A stretch of 64,000 nucleotides of DNA from Candidatus Saccharimonadota bacterium. GTDB taxonomy: Bacteria > Patescibacteriota > Saccharimonadia > Saccharimonadales > OFTM59. Positions within the stretch are counted from its first letter, which is position 1. The number at the start of each line of letters is the position of its first letter. The position numbers and the translations under genes were made by a program. The notes below the pieces were generated by a model. It was not told the origin of the DNA, did not search any database, and was given only the letters and a program-made list of their open reading frames with translations. Below, piece by piece: positions 17,534 to 25,018 of this stretch. The stretch is from positions 1,233 through 65,232 of the forward strand of contig JAJDCK010000009.1 of NCBI GenBank assembly GCA_029260855.1, read 5' to 3'.

Positions 17534-18163
17534 TTACTCCTCTTCTTTATCTTTCTTCTTGGCCTTTTCGGGTTTCGGGCTAACTATGCCCTGCTTGTCT
17601 ATCAGCACCTGTTTCTTAGCTGCCAGGATAAGCCCGAGGAACCGGTCATTCACCTGACGGCGATATACGAACTCGTCGTATGGCATCACTGTGTAACGAA
17701 TTTCCTTGCCCTCCTTTTTCTCTAGCTCGGCCACAAATTTTGCCAGCTGGGTTGGGTTTACGTCGCCCACGACCATGAAATCTATGCCACTTGATTCGTC
17801 ACGCGTGAATTGACCTGTATAGATAGCCAGTTCCACGTTGCCGAGTATCTTGATGTCTTGTGAATCTTCGCCTGGTACTGCTTTTGGTTCACTCGGGCTA
17901 GTTCGTTGGCCACCACCAAATATTGCCGACAGCGGAGGATAGTGCTGGTATTTCTGATCTACTTCATAGTACAAGCGATTATTGTTTGTGTCAGAAGAGA
18001 TAATACCGATGCTGAGGAGATTAGCTAATTCCCTGCGAACAGAGTTAATCTGTTCGTCTATTTTGCGCGTGATTTCGCGCACATAAAAAGAGCGATTCGG
18101 GTTGCTATAGAACAAATGCAGCAGCTTAACCCTCGTTTTAGACCCAAACAATTGCTCAACCAT
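17534..18163 (-). CDS. winged-helix (ArsR/MarR-like) DNA-binding protein with C-terminal domain of unknown function
   Basis: The N-terminus LFGSKTRVKLLHLFYSNPNRSFYVREITRKIDEQINSVRRELANLLSIGII is a wHTH. I prefer ATG 18163 (MVEQLFGSK), which has GGAGG 6 nt upstream. The ORF-track start at 18187 lies in the loop of a 9-bp hairpin. Confidence 0.65.
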   Translation of the reverse strand: MVEQLFGSKTRVKLLHLFYSNPNRSFYVREITRKIDEQINSVRRELANLLSIGIISSDTNNNRLYYEVDQKYQHYPPLSAIFGGGQRTSPSEPKAVPGEDSQDIKILGNVELAIYTGQFTRDESSGIDFMVVGDVNPTQLAKFVAELEKKEGKEIRYTVMPYDEFVYRRQVNDRFLGLILAAKKQVLIDKQGIVSPKPEKAKKKDKEEE

Positions 18164-18249
18164 GAAGCCTCCACAAGAGGGGAACATCCCCTCTTATCGC
18201 GCCGGCAAAATGAGATACATTTTGGCGGGCTGTTCTCCCCTGAAAACAA

Positions 18250-18269
18250 AATTGCTCAACCATGAAGCC
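18250..18269 (-). repeat. 20-nt direct repeat of the regulator gene start region (copy 2; copy 1 at 18150-18169)
   Basis: aattgctcaaccatgaagcc occurs at 18150-18169 and 18250-18269, exactly 100 nt apart. The copies bracket two strong hairpins. Confidence 0.9.
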
Positions 18270-18291
18270 ATTGTATCAGATAAGTGCACAA

Positions 18292-19194
18292 TTACTTAGG
18301 CAACTTGTTCAAAAATGTTGTTACAATTTCTACAGCTTTACCGGGGTCGCCTATCCATTGAATACTATTGTTGCGCTTGAACCAGGCACGCTGTCGTTTG
18401 GCCAAATTCATGGTACTAGAAATTATTCGCTCACGAGTTTGCTCCATATCTTGCGAACCAGCGAAGTACTCACGCCACTCGCGGTAACCTATACCTTTTA
18501 AAGCCTCGCAGTCCCAGCCGTATGTTTCAGCTAGCCCCCTAACCTCTTGTTCTAAGCCAAGCGCCAACATACTATCTACACGAGCCGTTACGCGCTGTCT
18601 TAGTTCTTCTCGCGACACCGTGATACCCAGTGTCAGAGTGTTCGGGCGCATTTGGTCTTTTGTCGGCGTCTTTCCCTCGGTTTCTAGTAATCGTATAAGC
18701 CGACGCTTGTTACGCACATCAACACCTCCCAGGTCTATATTTTTGCTCTTCACCAATTCCTGTAGGTCTTCTACAGATAGATTATTAAGACCCTGCCTTT
18801 TTGAGCGATCGCCTTCGGGTAAAAAACCAAAATCGTATAAAACTCCGTCTATATAAAGACCGGTGCCGCCTACCATAATCGGCAATTTACCACGAGCGAT
18901 GATACTAGCAATAGTCTTTTGGGCCATCTGTTTAAAAACCGCAGCCGTGAAGTCAGCGCATGGGTCAACAATATCTATTAGGTGGTGGGGGGCACGCTTT
19001 AGGTCATCAGCATTAGGTTTGGCAGTCCCTATATTTACCTCTCGTCGGACCGTCCATGAATCAGCACAGATGATTTCGCCGTTAAACTGCTCTGCCAGAT
19101 GGATAGCTAATGCAGACTTGCCACTGGCTGTTTCGCCAACCAACACCACAAGGGGTGCTCGGCTAGATGGTAGATGGCATATGGCATATGGCAT
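18292..19194 (-). CDS. miaA: tRNA dimethylallyltransferase
   Basis: 300-aa ORF with P-loop GETASGKSALA, IICADSWTVRREVNIGTAKP and PHHLIDIVDP, the MiaA pattern. Confidence 0.9.
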   Translation of the reverse strand: MPYAICHLPSSRAPLVVLVGETASGKSALAIHLAEQFNGEIICADSWTVRREVNIGTAKPNADDLKRAPHHLIDIVDPCADFTAAVFKQMAQKTIASIIARGKLPIMVGGTGLYIDGVLYDFGFLPEGDRSKRQGLNNLSVEDLQELVKSKNIDLGGVDVRNKRRLIRLLETEGKTPTKDQMRPNTLTLGITVSREELRQRVTARVDSMLALGLEQEVRGLAETYGWDCEALKGIGYREWREYFAGSQDMEQTRERIISSTMNLAKRQRAWFKRNNSIQWIGDPGKAVEIVTTFLNKLPK

Positions 19195-19213
19195 AAAAAC
19201 TCCTATCTATAGT

Positions 19214-19552
19214 CTATCTACTACTGTCGTCTGCAATAGTAGGCTGCCATAGGTATTTATCCAAATCTAATCGGTAGTCTTCTGATACTTTAATGCCCTC
19301 GGCTTCTAGTGACCGCTTGTGGCCTTCATATCCGCCCCATGTGTAGCTACGCGCTAAACCACCCTGTTTATTAACGATACGTTGCCACGGCAGTTCTTCT
19401 GGACCCGCGTGGGCTATTTGCCCTACCTCCCATGCTGCCCACGCCACACCGCAAAGCGCCGCAACCTGCCCATAAGTCATCAGACGCCCCTCAGGAATCT
19501 GCGCTACTAGGCTATAAACTCGTTCTTTAAACTCCGCATCTACCCTTGGCAT
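19214..19552 (-). CDS. alkyltransferase-like (ATL) protein / MGMT DNA-binding domain protein lacking the acceptor Cys
   Basis: 112-aa ORF with the MGMT helix-turn-helix (TYGQVAALCG). The active-site PCHRV is replaced by PWQRIV. Confidence 0.75.
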   Translation of the reverse strand: MPRVDAEFKERVYSLVAQIPEGRLMTYGQVAALCGVAWAAWEVGQIAHAGPEELPWQRIVNKQGGLARSYTWGGYEGHKRSLEAEGIKVSEDYRLDLDKYLWQPTIADDSSR

Positions 19553-19555
19553 AGT

Positions 19556-21400
19556 CTAAAAGGTGGTCTTGTTGGTGCGATTTTTTGCTTCGCTAGAAAC
19601 AGCGGGCAGGAACTCGCTAACCGGTAATGATTTACTGTTTTCTTGTTCCGACAAATCTTTGCGGATGCGCGGCGTAACTTGACCTGATTCAATTTCTTTT
19701 TCGCCGATTACTACGATGTACGGGACCTTCATCATCTCGGCTGCCCGGATCTTTTTACCTACGGATTCATTAGAGTTATCTACCTCAATCCTTAATCCGA
19801 GCTCCTTGGCTTGTTTTAAGATTGTCTCAGCAAACTGCACGGTTTTGTCTTCTTGGTTAACTGTAATTAAACGCACCTGCTCTGGCGCCAACCACACCGG
19901 GAACCTACCAGCCGTATGTTCTATGTAAACACTCATAAACCGTTCAACCGAGCCCAGTAACGCACAGTGGATCATAACTGGAGTGTTAGCCACACTATCT
20001 TGTGCAATATATTCTAAACCGAATCGTTCTGGCTGCACAAAGTCCAGCTGAACTGTTGCAACTTGGTGTTCGCGGCCGATTGCATCCGTAGCCATGAAAT
20101 CAATCTTAGGGCCATAAAAGGCTGCTTCGCCTTCTTGTTCAAAAAATTCTATTTCATTGGCTGTAACTGCATTTTTTAGTTGTGTTTGAGCACTTTCCCA
20201 CAACACTTTAGAGCCAAGATAAGCATCACTTTCGTCTCTATATGAAAGCCTCACGCGCAGCGCCATATCAACAGTGGCATATAAATCACTAGCTGCTTGT
20301 AGGAGATTGTGAATTTCCTGCTCAATTTGATCCTGACGGCAAAACACATGGCTATCGTCTTGTGTAATTGAACGTACTCGGCTCAGGCCGCCAAGCTCCC
20401 CCGTCTTCTCGTCTCGGTAAACTGTTGTAGTCTCAAGATATCTAACAGGTAAATCGCGATAACTGCGCGGTCGGCTGGCATAGAGCCTGGTATGGTGCGG
20501 GCAGTTCATAGGCTTCATTACTAGTTCGTCAGAAGTCTCTTGGCTCTTTATCAAGAATAATTCCTCGCCAAATTTAGCCCAATGTCCAGAAGCTTCATAA
20601 AGTTCTTTCTTAGTAATATGCGGGACCCATACTTTTTCGAAGCCATAACGCTGCCTAAGTTCGTTTGAATAGTTAGATAGCTCTTCTCTTAGTACGGTTC
20701 CTCGCGGCGTAAAAAGTGGTAGTCCAGATCCGACCATATCTGAGAAAACAAATAAATCTAGTTCTTGACCGAGCTTGCGGTGATCACGCTTTTTGGCCTC
20801 TTCTAGCCTTTCCAGATAAATACGTAGGTCCTTCTCTGTTTCAAATGCTACTCCGTAGAGGCGCTGCATTTGCGGGTTGGTCTCTTTACCACGCCAGTAC
20901 GCACCAGCTACACGCATCAGCTTAAATGCGCCGACTTTGCCAGTTGACTCCACGTGCGGTCCGCGGCAAAGATCACAAAATTCCCCGTTCTGATAAAAAG
21001 AAACCTTGTCAACTGCGCTCTTGCCCGCAGTGATCGTCCCTAATTCGTCAGCATTTAAATCTTTGGCTACCGTTGTACCAGCACGCTTTAGGTCATTTAA
21101 TAATTCCTCTTTATAGGGCTGGCCTGACTCCTTAGCCCAGCTTATTGCACCGTCTATAGGCTTTTCCAAACGCTCAAACGACTGGTTCTCGTCAATAATT
21201 TTGCGCATCTCTATTTCTATACCCTTAAAGTCTGCTTCGGAAATTTTTACGTCATCTAGATCAATATCGTAATAAAATCCGTTCTCTACGACTGGCCCAA
21301 TCCCTAGCTTGGCCTTTGGCCAGAGACGCACTATAGATGCTGCCATTATATGCGCCAAGCTATGGCGCATCGCGTTAAGTTCATCTGTAGAGTTGGTCAT
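19556..21400 (-). CDS. thrS: threonine--tRNA ligase
   Basis: 614-aa ORF with an editing/second-additional-domain HSLAHIMA motif, a class II core (FRDESD-like YRDEKTGELGGLSRVRSITQDDSHVF, GPKIDF) and a C-terminal anticodon-binding domain. Confidence 0.95.
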   Translation of the reverse strand: MTNSTDELNAMRHSLAHIMAASIVRLWPKAKLGIGPVVENGFYYDIDLDDVKISEADFKGIEIEMRKIIDENQSFERLEKPIDGAISWAKESGQPYKEELLNDLKRAGTTVAKDLNADELGTITAGKSAVDKVSFYQNGEFCDLCRGPHVESTGKVGAFKLMRVAGAYWRGKETNPQMQRLYGVAFETEKDLRIYLERLEEAKKRDHRKLGQELDLFVFSDMVGSGLPLFTPRGTVLREELSNYSNELRQRYGFEKVWVPHITKKELYEASGHWAKFGEELFLIKSQETSDELVMKPMNCPHHTRLYASRPRSYRDLPVRYLETTTVYRDEKTGELGGLSRVRSITQDDSHVFCRQDQIEQEIHNLLQAASDLYATVDMALRVRLSYRDESDAYLGSKVLWESAQTQLKNAVTANEIEFFEQEGEAAFYGPKIDFMATDAIGREHQVATVQLDFVQPERFGLEYIAQDSVANTPVMIHCALLGSVERFMSVYIEHTAGRFPVWLAPEQVRLITVNQEDKTVQFAETILKQAKELGLRIEVDNSNESVGKKIRAAEMMKVPYIVVIGEKEIESGQVTPRIRKDLSEQENSKSLPVSEFLPAVSSEAKNRTNKTTF

Positions 21401-21467
21401 ATTTGCTCCCTTGAGTTATATAATATCACCCCTGTTTAGTAAGAGCCAGCTCTTGACCCGTAAACAT

Positions 21468-21503
21468 AAAAACGGTCGAGTGCTCTCGCAAAGACACTCG
21501 ACC
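21468..21503 (-). terminator. intrinsic terminator inside the thrS 5' leader (candidate attenuator)
   Basis: Minus-sense GGUCGAGUG...CACUCGACC (9-bp perfect stem) followed by GUUUUUAUG. It ends 67 nt upstream of the thrS ATG. No minus-strand gene lies upstream that it could terminate. Confidence 0.6.
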
Positions 21504-21560
21504 GCGCTCACCCTTGGACTAAAACCCATCTCAAAACTTAACCTACCGATAGAGCATAGC

Positions 21561-21569
21561 ATACTAGCA
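21561..21569 (-). promoter_or_regulatory. extended -10 promoter (TGcTAGTAT) for thrS
   Basis: Minus-sense TGCTAGTAT about 160 nt upstream of the thrS start. Confidence 0.35.
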
Positions 21570-21661
21570 CTATCATGCTAGTACTTTTGTATTGTTTTTC
21601 TTACATCTTTCCTGTGGATTTACTTTTCTACGCTAGTTCTGGTATTCTTTTATCTGTTTCT

Positions 21662-21738
21662 GGGCAATTAGCTCATTTGGCTAGAGCGCCACATTGACGT
21701 TGTGGAGGTGATAGGTTCGAATCCTATATTGCCCACCA
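21662..21738 (+). tRNA. tRNA-Val (anticodon GAC), CCA encoded
   Basis: Manual cloverleaf: GGGCAAU/UA/GCUC-AUUUGGCUA-GAGC/G/CCACA-UUGACGU-UGUGG/AGGUG/AUAGG-UUCGAAU-CCUAU/AUUGCCC/A/CCA. Confidence 0.9.
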
Positions 21739-21836
21739 GAAATAGGTCTTGTTCGCGCTCACCCACCCTAAGCTATGTTGCTCCTCCGTATTTATATAAT
21801 TAGACCTGTATTTTACTTTTAAGTTATGTCATATAA

Positions 21837-21865
21837 TTGACCGTCAGACCTTTTTGCTGTAGTAT
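21837..21865 (+). promoter_or_regulatory. sigma-70-type promoter
   Basis: TTGACC (21837-21842), 17-nt spacer, TAGTAT (21860-21865). Confidence 0.55.
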
Positions 21866-21871
21866 GGCTCG

Positions 21872-22066
21872 GTTAAACGGGAGGCGCTCAAGTTTTGAGT
21901 ACCAATTCGAGTTCGCTTGAGAATTTTAAGTTATTTTACGAAGAGCTTTCTCGGGCGAAATCAATAAGTCGCATACGACGCGCACGGCGAGTTATCTCTA
22001 CAGAGAGCTAGGCTATGTGTTCAGCCCCTCTAGAATCTATTAGATTTTTGGCGGGGCTTTTATTTT
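21872..22066 (+). ncRNA. candidate structured RNA (sRNA, or terminator-containing leader of nrdR), ~195 nt
   Basis: An ORF-free unit between the promoter above and a terminator (AGCCCC...GGGGCU + UUUUAUUUU at 22023-22066). Internal helices include CUCAAG/CUUGAG, GUCG-CAUA-CGAC and CUCU-ACA-GAGAG. It ends 60 nt before the nrdR ATG. Confidence 0.4.
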
Positions 22067-22125
22067 CCCCAGTTTATAGTGGTTTTCCACTGGCATAAAT
22101 TATAGCGTTATGCCAATATGTAGCC

Positions 22126-22536
22126 ATGGTATGTATATATTGTCATGGAGGGACTCAGGTCGTTAACTCTAGACCTCAGAAACGCACTAACAGCACATGG
22201 AGAAGGCGTCGCTGCAATCAGTGTGGAGGCGTTTTTACTAGTATAGAGGTGATCGATTTAGGGGTTGGTTTGGCCTTTAAGAAGTCAGGGGGTATTGAGC
22301 CCTTCTCGCGCGATAAATTACTCTTAAGCGTGTATGACAGCCTTAGACACCGCAAGACGGCTCTGAGCGACGCAGGGAGCCTCACAAACACTATCTTGGG
22401 ATATGTTTATAAGCAGTTAGCGGATGCTACGATAGACAGGGATAATCTTGTGAGGATAACTTGTTCGGTTTTAAACCGTTTTGATCAAGCGGCCGCAACG
22501 CACTACCACGCCTTTCACCCGGCTAAAACAGACTGA
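22126..22536 (+). CDS. nrdR: transcriptional repressor NrdR
   Basis: 136-aa ORF with an N-terminal Zn ribbon (CIYCHGGTQVVNSRP...RRRRCNQCGGVFTSIE) followed by an ATP-cone-like region. Confidence 0.85.
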   Translation: MVCIYCHGGTQVVNSRPQKRTNSTWRRRRCNQCGGVFTSIEVIDLGVGLAFKKSGGIEPFSRDKLLLSVYDSLRHRKTALSDAGSLTNTILGYVYKQLADATIDRDNLVRITCSVLNRFDQAAATHYHAFHPAKTD

Positions 22537-24147
22537 CTACAGTATTTTCTTCTTGTCTTCCGTAACAACTGCTTTGTCTGTAACATCAAATCTATCCAAA
22601 TATCTTCCAAACATTAGGCGTGTTTGGGAGTAAAGAGCTGATAAAGCGTTATAGAGTATGGTGGTTATTGGCAACAGAATCCACTGTAGTACCATAAAAA
22701 TTGTTCGGTGATTCTTGTATCTCCTTGGCTTAGGTGGGAGCATTTTTAGGCTTAAAAACAGCGTAATAAAGATACCCGCTAGTGCAATCGTCTGGATTCT
22801 GCTTGCTATAAAGGGCAGCTGTTGAGCAGCAAAGCTGTCAGGGTTGAAGCTAGATGGGATAAAAGCCGCAAAGGCTAATATAAGCGGTGCAGTAGCCCAG
22901 CTAACATGGCCCTCTAGTAGTCTGAGAAACTTGAACCATAAATCAAGCTTAGGCACTCTGTTGTTTCGGAAGAAGCCCATTTCAGCAACATACGCCACAT
23001 CTGAAGCACCCCACGCCCACCGCCTAAGCTGTATAAACTGTGCCTTGAGGGTTTTTCGGTATGTATTAGAGAGAACAGCGTCTTGGTAAATTGGTATGTA
23101 TACGGGATACACGTCATGCTTCCCGTCGTATCGGAAGTATGTGCGCCAAAATTGATGTCCATCCTCTACAATGGTCCGCACACTCCAATAATCTGTGTCT
23201 ATTAAGGTCTGCATGCTCTGAGCATGAGCCGAGAAGTTACGAATCAGATGTTGGCGCATAGACATCACAACATTCCAAAACGAGCTGCCGGTGGCGATTA
23301 CGCGCATCGGGGCCGGGGCATCCCAAATATTGTTGGTGTACATCGTGATCGGCTGAAAAGATATGTTAATGGGCTCTGGGACCATGGCATAAACATAGCT
23401 CAACGCTGCCAGGTACTTGGGGTGTGGTCGGTTGTCGGAATCCAGGGTGGTCACAATAACACTGAGAGGGTTTATGTGCTGCTTCTCAAGCCAAGTCGCA
23501 AGCGCACGCGCAGCATATGTAATGTTCCCGCCCTTACCTATCACCTCTCCAGGCATATCAGCTGGATGCTTGACAGCCATCGCGTATTTGAACTTACTCC
23601 CGTATTTTGCCAATAAGGCCTGGACCGACTCCTCAGATTGAGCACCATTACGAGCTTCATACGCCATTACCAAAATCACATCTTTCATGTCGTATTCGGA
23701 GTCCAGTATCGCCTGTATGGTAGGCTCTAGTATCTCTCTGCTTTCATTATAGGCGGCTACAATAACCGCATGGACTATTTCGTCTGCCTTGATAGGATTG
23801 GGTGTTTCCAGAATACGTTTGATGCTTTCATAGTGCCAAGTTGGTATGTGACTGTCCGGCTGCTCCACTTTACCTGCGGCTAGCTCCTTGAGCATTTGCT
23901 GCCACGGTAGCTTCATTTGCTGTTTCAAGGTTTTGTAACCTTGCATTACTCTAATATTCAAAGCGATTGATTTAACGAACCACATTAACAGATAAGCAAT
24001 AATAAAAAATATAGGAATTACTGGGCTAATAAAGCTTAGGATTGCAGGCAAAATCAATATGGTCCAGCTGAGCATACCGGGCAGGATTTCGAAGAATCTA
24101 TAGCGCTTGCCACGCTCGCGTACGTAAGGTATCTCTATATTTTTCAT
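22537..24147 (-). CDS. processive family-2 glycosyltransferase (cellulose/chitin/PNAG-synthase-like), polytopic membrane protein
   Basis: 536-aa ORF. TM helices flank a GT-A domain with TLDSDN (DxD), VEDGH (TED-like) and QLRRWAWG (Q(Q/R)xRW), the hallmarks of processive beta-glycan synthases. Confidence 0.75.
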   Translation of the reverse strand: MKNIEIPYVRERGKRYRFFEILPGMLSWTILILPAILSFISPVIPIFFIIAYLLMWFVKSIALNIRVMQGYKTLKQQMKLPWQQMLKELAAGKVEQPDSHIPTWHYESIKRILETPNPIKADEIVHAVIVAAYNESREILEPTIQAILDSEYDMKDVILVMAYEARNGAQSEESVQALLAKYGSKFKYAMAVKHPADMPGEVIGKGGNITYAARALATWLEKQHINPLSVIVTTLDSDNRPHPKYLAALSYVYAMVPEPINISFQPITMYTNNIWDAPAPMRVIATGSSFWNVVMSMRQHLIRNFSAHAQSMQTLIDTDYWSVRTIVEDGHQFWRTYFRYDGKHDVYPVYIPIYQDAVLSNTYRKTLKAQFIQLRRWAWGASDVAYVAEMGFFRNNRVPKLDLWFKFLRLLEGHVSWATAPLILAFAAFIPSSFNPDSFAAQQLPFIASRIQTIALAGIFITLFLSLKMLPPKPRRYKNHRTIFMVLQWILLPITTILYNALSALYSQTRLMFGRYLDRFDVTDKAVVTEDKKKIL

Positions 24148-24165
24148 TATCGTACGACCAGTAAG

Positions 24166-24519
24166 CTAAAAGTTAAGCAGCTCGTTACTGACAATCAAAG
24201 CTAAAATATGTAGTAGCGACCCTAGACCTAGGACGGCAATCGAAAAGTGTCGCCTCAGATGATAGACGCGCTTACTGAGAAACGTGTGAAAAATAAGCAC
24301 CAGAACAGAAAAAAGGATAAAACTAGTAATACCGCTGGACGTTCCGAGCTTATATTCGTCAAATCCTAGATTGGAACGATATTGAACAATATAATTAGCA
24401 CCTTGCTCAGGCTCTAAGTTCAGCATAATCAATAAGCCGCACAAAACAGTCAAAAAAGCGTTGACGCTTAAGAGCAGCAAAATTGTACGGTCATGCAAAA
24501 ATTTTTTGGGAACTGGCAT
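24166..24519 (-). CDS. small membrane protein upstream of the GT2 synthase
   Basis: 117-aa ORF with 3 predicted TM helices, 18 nt upstream of the synthase start on the same strand. Confidence 0.55.
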   Translation of the reverse strand: MPVPKKFLHDRTILLLLSVNAFLTVLCGLLIMLNLEPEQGANYIVQYRSNLGFDEYKLGTSSGITSFILFSVLVLIFHTFLSKRVYHLRRHFSIAVLGLGSLLHILALIVSNELLNF

Positions 24520-24588
24520 TTCTATATAGTTTATAGCTTAAAGTGAAAAGTTTAAAGAAGGTTAAGGTCTGTAGTTAACACTTTATAC

Positions 24589-24666
24589 TGGCGGGCCCGA
24601 CCGGATTCGAACCGGCGATCTCCTCCGTGACAGGGAGGCGTGATAGGCCGACTTCACTACGAGCCC
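24589..24666 (-). tRNA. tRNA-Asp (anticodon GUC), CCA encoded
   Basis: Manual cloverleaf: GGGCUCG/UA/GUGA-AGUCGGCCUA-UCAC/G/CCUCC-CUGUCAC-GGAGG/AGAUC/GCCGG-UUCGAAU-CCGGU/CGGGCCC/G/CCA. Confidence 0.9.
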
Positions 24667-24769
24667 GTATTGGCCTTACATCAATTTAGACAAATGCAAG
24701 AATAGCAGTTACAGAGGTAAAACGCAACTAAACTTACGCCGTGTTTGCTATACTGTGGCGGATATGTAC

Positions 24770-24845
24770 GCCACCTTAGCTCAGTTGGTAGAGCGACACA
24801 TTCGTAACGTGTAGGTCGCCGGTTCGATTCCGGCAGGTGGCTCCA
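24770..24845 (+). tRNA. tRNA-Thr (anticodon CGU), CCA encoded
   Basis: Manual cloverleaf: GCCACCU/UA/GCUC-AGUUGGUA-GAGC/G/ACACA-UUCGUAA-CGUGU/AGGUC/GCCGG-UUCGAUU-CCGGC/AGGUGGC/U/CCA. Confidence 0.9.
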
Positions 24846-24889
24846 AGCTCTTTTAAAGCTTCGTAGGCCACGATAGAGCATTTATATGG

Positions 24890-24944
24890 GCGGGTATGGT
24901 TTAATGGCAGAATGTAGTCTTCTTCCATCCTACGTAGCCATTGC
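24890..24944 (+). other. truncated tRNA-Gly(UCC)-like fragment / long interrupted hairpin abutting tRNA-Gly(CCC)
   Basis: GCGGGUA-UG-GUUUAAUGGCAGAAU resembles a tRNA-Gly acceptor 5' strand and D-arm. A stem ATGTAG/CTACGT follows, with a 12-nt loop UCUUCUUCCAUC that contains UUCC. There is no T-arm and no 3' acceptor strand. As an alternative fold, AATGGC (24903-08) pairs with GCCATT (24937-42). Confidence 0.4.
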
Positions 24945-25018
24945 GCGAGATTAGTATAATGGCAGTACATTTGCTTCCCAAGCAAGGGGCACGAGTTCGA
25001 TTCTCGTATCTCGCACCA
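24945..25018 (+). tRNA. tRNA-Gly (anticodon CCC), CCA encoded
   Basis: Manual cloverleaf: GCGAGAU/UA/GUAU-AAUGGCA-GUAC/A/UUUGC-UUCCCAA-GCAAG/GGGC/ACGAG-UUCGAUU-CUCGU/AUCUCGC/A/CCA. Confidence 0.88.

Noticed and set aside
21401-21569. Calling the thrS leader a T-box riboswitch
   Set aside because: Only a partial match to the T-box core (AAGGGUGAGCGCGG) was found. There is no convincing Stem I, K-turn, specifier loop or antiterminator bulge in the ~150-nt leader. It is reported only as a terminator-containing leader.
21503-21764. 11-nt direct repeat CGCGCTCACCC flanking tRNA-Val (21503-21513 and 21754-21764)
   Set aside because: An 11-mer match within a few hundred bp is near chance expectation for this window size. 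No other att-like features are present.
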